64,000 bases of DNA from Octopus bimaculoides (Eukaryota): NCBI RefSeq assembly GCF_001194135.2, contig NC_068982.1, forward strand, positions 103,058,952 to 103,122,951. Direction: 5' to 3'. Numbering within the stretch: position 1 is the first letter of the stretch; the number at the start of each line of letters is the position of its first letter. This document shows, piece by piece, positions 1 to 11,810 of the stretch. Made by a program: the position numbers and the translations under genes. The notes under the pieces are model-generated. The model was given only the letters and a program-made list of their open reading frames with translations. It was not told the DNA's origin and did not search any database.

Positions 1-97
1 TGGTGTAGCCATCCGGTTGCACCAGTCCTCAGTCAAATCGTCCAACCCATGCTAGCATGGAAAGCGGACGTTAAACGATGATGATGATGATGATGAT
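1..97 (+). mobile_element. 3' tail of RTE-LINE-related short repeat ending in (GAT)n
   Basis: ...CCAACCCATGCTAGCATGGAAAGCGGACGTTAAACGATGATGATG; near-identical reverse complement at 27587 and 37648; same tail terminates the LINE at 660-2071. Confidence 0.8.
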
Positions 98-140
98 ATA
101 TATATACTTTATTTAAAAGCAGTAGAAATATAACAAAAGA

Positions 141-178
141 CTGTTACTCTGAGTTTCACGTTCCCGTTCATCGGGCAG
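141..178 (-). ncRNA. Second, inverted hammerhead motif copy (core variant CCGAUGA)
   Basis: Minus strand reads CUGC-CCGAUGA-ACG(GGAA)CGU-GAA-ACUC(A)GAGU-A-ACAG. Confidence 0.6.
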
Positions 179-183
179 TTTTG

Positions 184-221
184 TTGTCTGATGAACGGGA
201 ACGTGAAACTCAGAGTAAGAG
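184..221 (+). ncRNA. Minimal type-I hammerhead ribozyme motif
   Basis: UUGU-CUGAUGA-ACG(GGAA)CGU-GAA-ACUC(A)GAGU-A-AGAG: intact core, 3-bp helix II, palindromic helix III, GUA cleavage triplet; one G.G mismatch in helix I. Confidence 0.7.
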
Positions 222-324
222 TCTTTTGTTATATTTCTGCTGCTTTTAAATAAAGCATATTACTCTACCTCTGGTATTTGAGTACGCTTTTTTCCACCTT
301 ATTGCACATTTTATTTGCTTACTC

Positions 325-360
<36 letters not shown>

Positions 361-659
361 CAAATTACGATAAACGTAAACAAACAAACGAAGTTTGCTT
401 TTAGAAGTGTTGAGATGTCTTAGAAAGTTAAAGAAGTGATTTTTTTTTAATTCTCAAACGCAGGATAATGCTAATAATATAGCCTGAACAGGGTAAACTA
501 CCCCTATTTTGCAGCAAAAAGTGTGGGCGACCGTGCACCACATGTATACGTGTATACACCGCATGTATAAATGCTTGCATGTGTGAAAGCAGACATTAAA
601 TGATGATGATGATGATGATGATGTGTCACTGACCTAACATGGTTTCCAAAAATATAGTA

Positions 660-2071
660 ATAAAAGACAAAGTGTAAACTGGCTGAGAGAAAAGTTTGGA
701 ATAAGAGGAAACAGATGCAGCATACAAGAGAGAAGACTATGCTGGTTTGGATATGTGATGTGTATCAATGAAGACAGCTGTAAAAAGAAGTGTCAATCAC
801 TTAAAATAGAAGGCAATTGTAGAAAAGGGAGACCCAGGAAAATATGGGGTGAAGAAGTAAGGACTGATCTCAGGATATTGGGCCTGGTGGAGGAAATGAC
901 AATGGACTGAGATGTCTGGCAATAGGTGGTTCTTGAGAAGACCCATCCACCTCAGCAAAACTAAGTTTTGGAAGTGCTGTGTGTTCCACCCACATGTAAC
1001 ATTAAACTATTTCACACACCCTACCCCAATAAACCAGACTAAATCTCCCCTTCTCTTCTTCACATTTCCTCTTTTTCATGCACTATGCTTACCTCTCCCT
1101 CCCCACTTCTGCTGCCCAATCCTGTCCTTGCTGCCCTGCCCACTGTATCATTGCTATGCTGTTGTCCCCACCTCTCTATATATCCAGGTTTCACTAGTCA
1201 CTGCATTTTCTGCCTTCTCCCTTCTTTGCATTCACATGAAACCCCTACTCAAGCACCCTTAGCAATGCTCTACTATCCAATTTATATTCCCATTCCTGTG
1301 CCTTAAGAGTATGCCCTAGCACAGTGCCACCATCTCTTTCATTCTCTCTCTCCCTCTCTCTCTCCAACTGTAATAACCATGTATCTCATCTACAGCAAGA
1401 CACCACTTGCTATAGCCACCCCATATGTACCTCTAATTCCTCCTCCACCTCTGCTTCCATACCTAACTTCTCATCTACTCTCTGAATAGTCATCCCTAAG
1501 TCATACCTGTCTCTCGTATCTCCTCCCCACCCCACCATACTAATGTTTTCCACCGAGCTGCACCTATGCTACTATTCATCACTCATTACATTCACCTCTA
1601 CCCCCATCTCTAACCATTTGGTACTCTCCCCTCACTTTTATATCTGCTTCTCTTAGTCCACTGCCAATATCATCTCTTGCTTCTTGAGGGTTTTACTCTG
1701 GCATCCCATCACTACCTTCTTACCTTTTCCCCAGATATTCTCACTCATCTTCATATAAATGTAGGATTGTCATGTATCTTTTCTGCAACAAGACACTTCT
1801 GTTTGACCCTGGCATAAAAATCACATCCCCACTCTCTCAAATATCCACCACCACCACTTTCTACCACTTAGTCAAGAGGGCTTTTCGTTTTCTTGTCCTG
1901 GTGGCACAAAAAGAACAACCTGTACAGACTGTACAGTGATTGGCATCTGGAAGGGCATTGGCCATAAAAGCCATGCCAAAGCTGACATGGAGCATGAGGC
2001 TGCTCTATGGCACCCTAGATCCTGTCAAACCTTTCAACCTATGCCATCATGGAATACGGACATTAATGATG
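660..2071 (+). mobile_element. RTE-clade LINE 3' end: ORF2 C-terminus, long C/T-rich 3'UTR, (GAT) tail
   Basis: Translation LREKFGIRGNRCSIQERRLCWFGYVMCINEDSCKKKCQSLKIEGNCRKGRPRKIW...VLEKT is a typical RTE C-terminus with stops; ends in the shared tail ACGGACATTAATGATG. Confidence 0.8.
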
Positions 2072-2075
2072 TGTA

Positions 2076-2106
<31 letters not shown>

Positions 2107-2178
2107 GACTATATATACATATATGTGTGTGTGTGTATGTGTATATATATATATATATATGCTATTTCAGTAGTACAG

Positions 2179-2253
2179 GGTCAAAACACCTTATGATCAT
2201 TGGATACCATCTGATGACATCAGTTCCTCCTGGCCAAAGCTCTATTCACTTTG
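2179..2253 (+). CDS. Candidate internal exon, unknown product (VKTPYDHWIPSDDISSSWPKLYSL)
   Basis: tacag| acceptor, TTG|gtgaga donor, 75 nt, open phase 2-2 frame, raised GC, not matched to a repeat. Confidence 0.25.
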
Positions 2254-2794
2254 GTGAGAGGAAAAGAAGCACCTTCTCCTAGATGTTATCAACATACATA
2301 CGAACACTATTATTACTTATTGGCTGCTAAAATGTTAAAATGTATGAATCATTGCAGAACACTTGCATATAATTTCATTTAGGATAGCGATATTTAAAAT
2401 TTGCAGTTCACTGAAATTGAACTTGTCAAGTAATTAAATTTATGCTAGTGCCATATTATTCTCTTGGAAATGTCTTTTATAATCAACTTATGAATGAATG
2501 TCTCATTCATTAAGACTGTTAGAATGTAATTTTAAAAGAATCTGAAATCTTGATCTTGCATGAGAAATGCTTTGACTTAATTAATGCACACCTGGAAAAA
2601 TTATTTAGTTTCCTGAATTTGATATTAAAATAAACAAGGACAGTCTGCTACTAGAGATACAAAAGCTCCAAATTAAATGCCATACAGTATTTTAGTCTCA
2701 TTCTTGTATATTGTCAGTTCAAATCCTATCTGGTTTGACTTTTCTTCCAATAGTTTCCTGGGATAGATTCCATCAAATATATGAATGTCAACAT

Positions 2795-2950
2795 TGCTGT
2801 ATGGTTAAGAAGCTTACTTGTCAACTGCTTAGTTCCATGTTTGATGTCACTTTGAGCGGTACTTTGAGTGAGTGGTTTCTACTGTACATTCAGGTTGATC
2901 AGTGCTTTGTGAGTGGGATGTGGTAAACAGAAATTACATGGAAACTCATA
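2795..2950 (+). mobile_element. Decayed head of SINE family A
   Basis: Aligns by eye to the GTGGTAAGAAGCTTGCTT...TTGTGAGTGGATTTGGTAGA consensus. Confidence 0.55.
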
Positions 2951-3248
2951 TCTGCTGGTCTTTCACAAAGTAAAATATGTAGACTTTGGCAAGAAAACCA
3001 AAAAATAAAAAAGACTGGTGCTTCTGAATAAAAATACTCTGTGGAGTACTTCTACCCAAGTTGTACAGACAACCCCTTGTCACTCTCACAGAGAGGAAAT
3101 GCAATGAACCAATGATTACCCCTTTGGAAACTTGTAACACAGTTTATCACCAAATAGAAGATAAAAGTTTTAAAGAAATTTTCCCTTGTCAAAAGCTGGC
3201 AATTAAAAAGTAGAGTTCACAGAATATTGATAAATTTGATTATTTTGA

Positions 3249-3430
3249 CCCTTTTGATACCAACCCACCCTAAACTCCTAGTTCTTGATAAAAACTTCTG
3301 TTTTAAACTGAGCTAAAATATCAAAATTTCATGTCAGTTTATGTTCCAAATGCCAGCTTAATAATGGCAGGTTTTACCAAATTCATCATCATTTTAAAAA
3401 TTAATCGAAACAAAGGCAGAAATATACTCA
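3249..3430 (-). mobile_element. TTAA-type (piggyBac-like) MITE fragment
   Basis: Starts ttga|CCCTTTTGATACC; reverse complement of the MITE at 40680-40877. Confidence 0.6.
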
Positions 3431-5071
3431 CAAAAAATTTAAGCAGTTGTCACAAAATTTTGTCTTTTAACAGAAAGTAATCTCTCTGAAATTTTTTTTG
3501 GTAACATTCAATCATCTATAGAAAAAGTAATGATGTATTACTGAAATATCAACAGTGTTGCTTTTATTTCAATTATTATATTATTCTTAACAATGCTTAA
3601 CTCATATTCTGATGATGTACTCACACCACTTGTACTGAAACCTGTCATTCAAGCAGAACAACTAACTAGCTTTCCAAATAAACATATCAGCCAAAATGCT
3701 GCTATAAAGAAAATAAATTTGGAAAGTAAATATCATTTAGCTGAATAACATCTGGAGATAGAAAATTTCAATGTGGGTGGATCCAGAAAATGTTTTATGA
3801 CTAGTCACGTACAGCAGCTATCTTATATTTCCATGATAATTAAATATGGCAGTGAATGGGTTAAAGTCTCTCGGGTATTAGATCATTAATTCTACCTGCT
3901 TTATATAATTTCTTTGTATTTCTAATCATAAATCTTAAATTGTCTGTTATCAACAACATTATCTTTGATAGGTCAACTAAGATCCTCTTTGCTATTTCTT
4001 GATTTGCTAAAAATTGCAGCCAAATCTCTTAAGAACACACTGTATTATGTAGTCTGAGATACACAATGAACAAAAGATGGGATGGTCACAACTGGAGTGT
4101 CTGCTCAATTAGGCATGGCCTGTGGCAACACAACATTCTTATTGATTTTCATCATTTCTCCAACTTCTCTATTAACTCTATGCAATAATTCTAAATCATA
4201 TCTCTGCCAACTTATTTCAATATGTTTCAATAAGTTTAACACACACAATTCTAACACATAATGTTAGAATGGGTACTAGTGCTTGTTCTTAATTAGACAC
4301 CTTATATATTTTACCAGTAACTATCTCTAATTAAAATAGTTCATGTATAAACCCTTGTATCATAGCTTGCTGTATATATGGCCAAATACTTCATTGCAAT
4401 GCCTGAAGATGAAATTTTAATTCATTATAGTTCTTATTTTTAATAGACATAAAACTAATGTTATCTAAAACTAAAATTTGTTGAAATTCTAAATATATTA
4501 TCAAAAAAATTAAACATTGATAAATTATAGCAATGTCTGCATATTGATCTTACAAAGGTTAAACTTCTCTGTTGCTATATATTTATTCTGACAATATGTT
4601 ATAAATTAGAATCTTGCTACAATTGCTCTATTACATGTAAGATATATTACACTGCTTGGCTACTGTCTGTTACTTAGCAGATGAGTTGTTAGCAACAAGA
4701 AGGACATGCAGTTATTTTCTTTCTTCAAACAATATGAAAACTTTATAGAAACTAATCTTTAGCAGTAAAAATGGATTTAAAACAATGAAATTAATGTTAA
4801 TGCTGGTATTGTTGTTTAAGTAGCAATGGATTATTGACTGGTAACTCAAGCTGGCATTACACATGTTGGTGGGGAGAAAACCTGGAATTTTAACTACTTC
4901 CTCCACAGCACCAACCTTAAGAAGTCTGCTGGTAAATGAGACCTAAGCGTTATTATCTTCCATGATCTACATTGAACAAACATTTCTAAAATTGTCAAAG
5001 AGGCTGAAGGCATTTTATTATGACTATGTTCTTTGTTAGTCACTCACCAGTTATAGCTGTATAGTTTCCAT

Positions 5072-5456
5072 TGTTGTTGGCACTCCGTCGCTTATGATGT
5101 CAAGGGTTCCAGTTGATCCAATCAATGGAACAGCCTGCTCGTGAAATTAACGTGCAAGTGGCTGAGCACTCCACAGACACGTGTACCCTTAACGTAGTTC
5201 TCGGGGATATTCAGCGTGACACAGTGTGACAAGGCTGGCCCTTTGAAATACAGGTACAACAGAAACAGGAAGCAAGAGTGAGAGAAAGTTGTGGTGAAAG
5301 AGTACAGCAGGGTTCGCCACCATCCCCTGCTGGAGCCTTGTGGAGCTTTAGGTGTTTTCACTCAATAAACACTCACAACACCCAGTCTGGGAATCAAAAC
5401 CGCAATCCTATGACCGTGAGTCCGCTGCCCTAACCACTGGGCCATTGCACTTCCAC
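5072..5456 (-). mobile_element. Full-length tRNA-derived SINE (family K) with 11-bp TSD
   Basis: A box TGGCCCAGTGG, (CAA)n tail; TSD ATAGTTTCCAT at 5061-5071 and 5457-5467; paralog at 63271-63646. Confidence 0.9.
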
Positions 5457-5849
5457 ATAGTTTCCATATCCAATCTGGAATCCTCATTTTTGGTTATAAT
5501 GTTGATCTACTACCAAGGCAGTGTTTATGTTTTATTTATTTAGGTTTCCCATAATCAAAATATTCAACAAATATGTAGAATAAGGTACTTTTGAAAAATA
5601 TGAGTTGGTGTCCGGAAAAGCATTTGGCCATAGAATATACCCAAATCTGTCTAGCATTAAAAAACAGTTACAATAACTATGTTGACCACTACCCCCAGAG
5701 CCTTCTCTTCCAACATTATATTGTTACTGCCACTCATAGACCTAACTACACTCATTCTTGCCGCTATTATCTTCAGCTGACATCTTTATTGTCATTGATC
5801 CCATTCCACCCACTATTGTTACTTCTACTTACTTCCAGCCAACATGAAA

Positions 5850-6062
5850 GCCTTTATCTGGTCACTCAAGCTGCTAAAAATAGCAACTAAACCTCCTTAA
5901 AATAGCATCCTACCATCTTTGAAAGAAAAACAAAACATTCACACTGCATAATGTAGTCCAGAGTACATCATGCTTGGAAAAAGAAAGACAGGATGGTCAT
6001 GGCTGGAATACCTTTGATCATAGGTCTACTCAATCAAGTTTGACTCAGACTAAACAACAGCT
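5850..6062 (+). mobile_element. SINE 3' part (family D tail, ends CAACAAC)
   Basis: GCTAAAAATAGCA...GATGGTCATGGCTGGAATACCTTTGATCATAGGTCT; similar copies at ~3990-4133, 26870-27137 and 39850-39982. Confidence 0.65.
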
Positions 6063-6975
6063 ACTTTTTTTGCCCCACCCAGATCACTTTTATATTTACC
6101 ACTTATTATCAGTACCACTACTACTATTGCTGTTGCTGCTACTACTACTACTACTACTACTACTACTGCTGCTGTCACTACTTGCACTACTTCCACAACT
6201 ATTGATTTGTCACTATTTCCATTAATACTACTACTACCACTACTACCTTCACCTCACTACCTGTACTACCTTACATTGAATACTAAAGGTTTTGAACTGG
6301 ACACTTATCTTCCACTTTATGACTCTTCCCATCATACCAATACTTTCACTAAACCACCAGTACTTCTAACACTACTACTATCTATGAACTACCATCACCA
6401 TCATGTCAGCAATACAACAAACTGGTGAGGAAGTTTCTATGTTGTCTTTTGTGTGCTAGAAATAATAGCCAAACTTCTCTCCCAATCACAATTTATTGTT
6501 TTGTAAAAGGAACGATATTTTGGTTAATATAATACAGGATACACTTGATCTGAAAATTAAAGACTGAATAGTCACATTTGGAATTCTTTTTATTGGTCAT
6601 CTCAAATTCATGTTGCCATGGAACTTATATACAACAACAGCAACAAATGCAACTCCCACTTCTCTGGTCACTCCTACCTCCATCGCACCAGTACTAGTTC
6701 TATTAGGTAAAAATATAAACAGTCGGAAGAAATTTTTCCACAGCATTCAAACTTATCCAAACTCAAGATGTTCACTATTTCCATCAGCTCACTTTACTTT
6801 ATTGTTTAATGAGTCTAGTATTAATTCTTTGAAAAGGCCTTTAGCCAGACACTCGGCCTTCAGCCAAACACTTGGCCCTGCATATAAAACTGTTGCAGAT
6901 TAAGCAGACTGGATGGCTGTAGAACTAACCAGAAAATGAAAACAAATGAGAAATAATAAAAAAGAAACATATTAA

Positions 6976-7011
<36 letters not shown>

Positions 7012-7499
7012 AAACATCAGTAATGTAAAGGTTATGTGGAAGTGGGGAAAAGATCAGAAACAACACCAAAGAGAATAGTTTTACTATTTGCTTTCTACCA
7101 GCTGAGATGTATATTTTTCTTGGAAAGCAGATTCTTAAATATAGTGTTGAAGCTGATCATATTAGCAACAGTAAAGAGAAGGCAGGTTTTGAGGTTTTGC
7201 AGCCAGTGAGGCAATTGAGTATGTGAATATGGCATATTGAATAATTTTACTATAACTGGTAAAAATCACATGGAGTAGTTGATGACAGAATTGGTAGGCT
7301 ACTTGACGAAATCCTTACAGTATTAGGCCCTTTTAGATTCTGGGATGCAGCCTGCTGAAATAAGCACAGTCAAGAATCAATAAAATAAAGGCCAATCGAA
7401 TATCATTGGGGCAGGGGATGTTCTAAAGCAGCATAGTTCACTCCAAAAATTTATGTAATTGCACTAATATTAGAAATCGTTATTATCATTATTTTTCTT

Positions 7500-9070
7500 A
7501 TTTTGTCAAAGATTTGATAAGTACCAGTCAAAATCTGGGTCATTTTAATCAACTCTGTCCATACCCATCACCTCAAAAATTTTTGACTGTTCAAAATTTA
7601 GAACTCTTTATCGTTATTATTATCTTATGTTTAAAATTATTATTATTACCATTATTATTATTATTATTACTATTATTATTATTACTATTATTATTAAAGG
7701 TGGTGAGCTGGCAGAATCGTTAGCATGCTGAGCAAAATGCTTTGTAGTATTTCGTCCGTCTTTACATTCTGAGTTCAAATTCCGCTAAGGTCAGCTTTCA
7801 TCCTTTCAGGTTTGATAAAATAAGTACCAGTTGGACACTGGGGTCAATGTAATCAACTTACCCCTTCTTCCAAAAATGCTGGCCTTGTGCCAAGTGAGCT
7901 GGCAAAATTGTTAACATGCCAGACAAAATGCTTAGCGGCATTTCATCCATCTCCACGTTCTAAGTTCAAATTCTGCCGGGGTCAACTTTACCTTTTATCC
8001 TTTTGGGGCCATTAAACTAAGTACCAATGAAACACTGGAGTCGATATAATCGCCTAGTCACTTCCCCAAAAATTTCAAACCTTATGCCTTAAGCAGAAAG
8101 GATTATTATTATCATCAAGGCAGTGAGCTGGCAAAATCATTTGCATGCCAGGCAAAGTACCTAGCTGCATTTCATCATTCTGGGTTCAAATACCACTGTG
8201 GTCAACACTGCCTTTCATCTTTTCAGGGTTGATGAAATAAGTACCTGTTGAACAATGGGATCATTGTTATTGGCTTCCTCTCTCCCTCTCCCCTTAAAAT
8301 TTCTGGCCTTGTGCCAAAATTTGAAACTGCTCTTGTTTAAGGTGACAAGTTGGCTGAATCATTAGAACATCACAAAAAATCCCACGCAGTGTTTATTCTG
8401 GCTCTTTATGTTCTGAGCTCAAACCTACCAATGACAATTTTGCTTTCCATCCTTGTGGGTCATTAAAATAAAGTGCCAGTGAAATACTGGGTTTGGTGGT
8501 ATCACCTATCTCCTCCCCTTTAAACTGTTGCTGCCCTTGTACCTTAATTAAAGCATTCAAGTCTTACCAGGATCAACTTTGCCTTTCATTCTGTCAGGGT
8601 TGATAAATAAAGTACCAATCAAATATTGGGGTTGATATAATTAACTAACCCTCTCCCTGCAAAATTATTAGCCTTGTGCCTAAATTATAAATAATTACCA
8701 TTACTGTTCATGGTGGTGACTTGGCAGTATTGTCAGGACAATGGAAAAATACCTTGCAGCATTTGTTTCTGTTCTTTTCATTCTAAGTTCAAATTCTACC
8801 AATGTCAGCTTTGACTTTTATCCTCTAAGATTTGATAAAATAAAGTAATAGTTGAATACTGGGGTCAGTTTAATTGATTAACAAAATGCTTAGCAACATT
8901 TTGTCCATCTTTACATTCTTAGTTCAAATTCCACCAAAGTCAACTTTGCCTTTCATCCTTTGGAGGTCGATAAAATAAGACCAGCTGAGTACTGCAGCTG
9001 ATGTAAACAACTTACCCTCTCCCCCAAACTTACTGCCCTTGTTCCAAAATTTGAAACCGATATTAAAAAT
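7500..9070 (+). repeat. Head-to-tail pile-up of about 8 diverged tRNA-SINE copies (family M)
   Basis: Recurrent GTGAGCTGGCAGAATC...GAGTTCAAATTC...GCCTTTCATCCTTT..GTCGATAAAATAAGTACCAG...GGCCTTGTGCC units, several separated by (ATT)n. Confidence 0.85.
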
Positions 9071-9654
9071 CATTATTATCATTTGAGATAGTAGAATGTT
9101 AGACTAGATCTATTGTCCTTTGACCTCCTGATTTCAAATCCCACAAGAGTCAACTTTAACTTTAATCTTTCTGGCATAGCAAACACACAGATGTAGCCAT
9201 GATATGTACTCAAGGGAAGAAGAAAACAAGACTTGTGAGGCATCAAAACTTTCATTGTGGAAATGTGGTTTAGAAGCTCACTTTGCAATCATGTTTGTTT
9301 GGGGTTCAATCTCACTGCATCACATTTTGAACTAGTGTTTACTACTATAGCCTCTGGTTAACCAATACCTTGTAAGTGGAATTATATAGAAATTATGTGG
9401 AAGCTTATATCACAGAATCATCACACGGAGTCAAGTAGGATTTGATAGAATTTACCACCTTTTGCTGTTTTTGCTGCAGTAGCAAACAGACATTGACAAC
9501 CTCTCACCCCCCCCTTTCTCTTGATCCAGCAGAACATGGAATGTGGTGGCACATTGTGTCCTGGCTCAAGGAGACAGTGTGCCACCGGGCCCAGGAATTG
9601 AACATTCGACATATGAGATATATCAGTATATAACTGGCACTTTGTCAGTTACCA

Positions 9655-9920
9655 CAAGTATTCTAGTTGATCTGATCAATAGAACAATCTGCTTGTAAAA
9701 TTATCATTGAAGTAGCTGAGTACTCCACAGACACATACCCTTAACATAGTTCTCAGGAAGATTCAGCATGACACAGAATGTGACATGGCTAGCTCTTTGA
9801 ATTACAGATACAACTCATTTTTGCCAGCTGAGTGGACTGGTGCAACATGCCACCAGGAATCAAACACATAATCTTACAATCATGAGCTGAATACCCTAAC
9901 CACTAAGCCATGCACCTTCA
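9655..9920 (-). mobile_element. CORE-type SINE sharing the family K 3' tail, decayed
   Basis: Minus strand head GCATGGCTTAGTGGTTAGGG; tail CTGAATCTTCCTGAGAACTATGTTAAGGG. Confidence 0.65.
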
Positions 9921-10610
9921 CATATAACATATACTGGTAATAAAATGAGTACCAAGTATGGTGTCAGTTTAACCAACTATATTTCCCCTATAAGTATGTA
10001 GCCTTGCGTCAGTGTAGAAAATAATTTTTTTTTTATAATTCTGAGAATGTTAGAGGCAGCCAAGACAGTAAAGTAGTGCTATGCTAAATGATCACCTTTC
10101 ACAAAGACACTACGCAATACTTATCATAACCTTTCTCAGAGGTGATTAGTTGGCATTAAATTGGATAATCGATCATATAACAGTTATAATTATAGAATAA
10201 TTAAATTCAAACTACTAATAGACAACATGTTAGCATCTGTAATCTGTGCTTATAGCTCACAAGTAGAATTGACAGATGTGTAAGATGACAACTTGATTCT
10301 GTGAGGCTCTTTTTGTACAAGCTAATACAAAAATTGAAGACAAGAGTATTGTTGTCATAGCTGTCGAATATAATGGTCATGCTGTGAAAGTGGCATGCAA
10401 GAAATAAAGTCAAATCAACTTCAGAAAGCCAGCCAGCCAGTCAGCTTGTAATCTAGCAATCAGGTGGGCGTGAGAGCCAGATTAGCTGTGTCCCAACTGG
10501 AAAATTAAACAATGTTTGGATGTGAACACTGTGTGTGTGTGTGTCTCACTATAGATTAGTGGGTAGTGACTTTATATAGCGGACAAAGTAGATATAAAAG
10601 CAAAATATAA

Positions 10611-10661
10611 ATAGAAAAAGAAAAGTATAGAAGTTATACTTCTATACTTTTCTTTTTCTAT
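10611..10661. repeat. Perfect 24-bp inverted repeat, 3-nt loop
   Basis: ATAGAAAAAGAAAAGTATAGAAGT-tat-ACTTCTATACTTTTCTTTTTCTAT. Confidence 0.95.
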
Positions 10662-10699
10662 AAGTTTACTGTGTTAAACGAAACTTAGGTAATTCATAT

Positions 10700-11215
10700 T
10701 ACACTTGGAAGGAGAAAATATAGAAATGTGATAGAGGACTGTTGGACATTCTTATGAGGTACTTTGTTACTAGAATGAAGCAAAGTGGCATGTTATGAAA
10801 TAGTGCAATGAATAGCTATTAGAAAGAGCTGAAGAATGGAAGTTGCATGGGAAGGTGTATTTAGGTTGGAGAGAAGCTGAGGGTAGATGGTGCTGTGCAT
10901 TAATGTTCTGTACTGGAGGCTCAATGGCAAGAATTGTTCAACAGGCAAAAAAAACAAAAGGGGGGAAGTATGTTTGATTGAATTAAGATATTATTGAGGA
11001 TTTCAGTAGTAGCAGGAAGTAAAAGACAGGAATGCTATTGTGAGAGACTTTTCAATGATAAATATGGCTGGGATAACAAAGGACTAATCCAGGTGGACCC
11101 ACCAGAGGAACCTGCTATTGAGGTCTATTATAGTTATTAAAGACAATAAAAGATATAAAAACAAGGAAAGTGGCAAGTCCATCCATGATGGCTGCTGAGA
11201 TGTTGAAAGAATAAA
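10700..11215 (+). mobile_element. Decayed RTE LINE ORF2 fragment (pre-RT region)
   Basis: Frameshifted translation CERLFNDKYGWDNKGLIQVDP..EPAIEV..KDIKTRKVASPSMMAAEMLK; parallels the fragment at 60960. Confidence 0.65.
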
Positions 11216-11554
11216 GCCATGTCAGTTAAACTCTAGTTGTGGTCTTCCTTAATCAAATTCTTATTGCTTAACCCCAGATCAAATCTGATCCTGTAAGCGT
11301 GTGATTAAATATACTCTCATCATGCCTTTTGAGACTTGATCTTTTGGATTGAGTTTCAAAAATATCTGAAGGCGTGTTAGTACTCAGTGCACTCTTGAAA
11401 TGAATTCCATAAATTACTTAGACTGCTTACTAAGCATATTTTGTAGATTCCATTACTTAAGTGGTGTAATATCAGTTACAGAACAGGAAACATCAAAGAA
11501 TTTAATTATTTGTCTTTTGTGACAACTAAGAGTTTCTTGTATATTAAAGATAGA

Positions 11555-11810
11555 CTGTTTGAAGCATGTGTACAACGTATGAGGCTGCTGGGAATAAAAC
11601 ATGATTGTGGAAGATATATGGAGGAGGGGAGGCTGGAGTGTAATCAGATGTGATATGTCAACCTGCATGAAAGGTTCAGTACTAGTAGTTAGATATCAAA
11701 TACACCGTCAAAATGTATAGGAAAGATGATTACACTACTAGGGATACATGATGGCAATAGACTATGGGTATTGGGTTAAAAAGTACCATGTGCTATCAGT
11801 GAATTGTTCC
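11555..11810 (+). mobile_element. Decayed RTE LINE C-terminal fragment
   Basis: SVIRCDMSTCMKG...GYMM..WVKKYHVL resembles the RTE C-terminus at 660 and 62230. Confidence 0.5.

Larger units (their letters stand above)
107..327. mobile_element. Fold-back non-autonomous element (Penelope pLTR-like) in (TA)n
   Basis: Inverted arms 107-174 and 188-255 (68 bp, 3 differences), 13-nt spacer, one-sided extension 256-327, flanked by TA runs. Confidence 0.7.

Noticed and set aside
912-1306. ORFs of 116 and 73 aa
   Set aside because: They lie in the low-complexity LINE 3'UTR
2211-2223. CTGATGA hammerhead-like core
   Set aside because: No downstream GAAA or helices; only a small CTGATG-A-CATCAG palindrome
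5974-6428. Poly-Leu membrane-like ORFs (also 7514)
   Set aside because: Produced by (CTA)n and (ATT)n repeats
7500-9070. CRISPR-like or satellite array
   Set aside because: Units are ~200-bp SINEs with Pol III boxes; there is no short-repeat/unique-spacer structure and the context is eukaryotic
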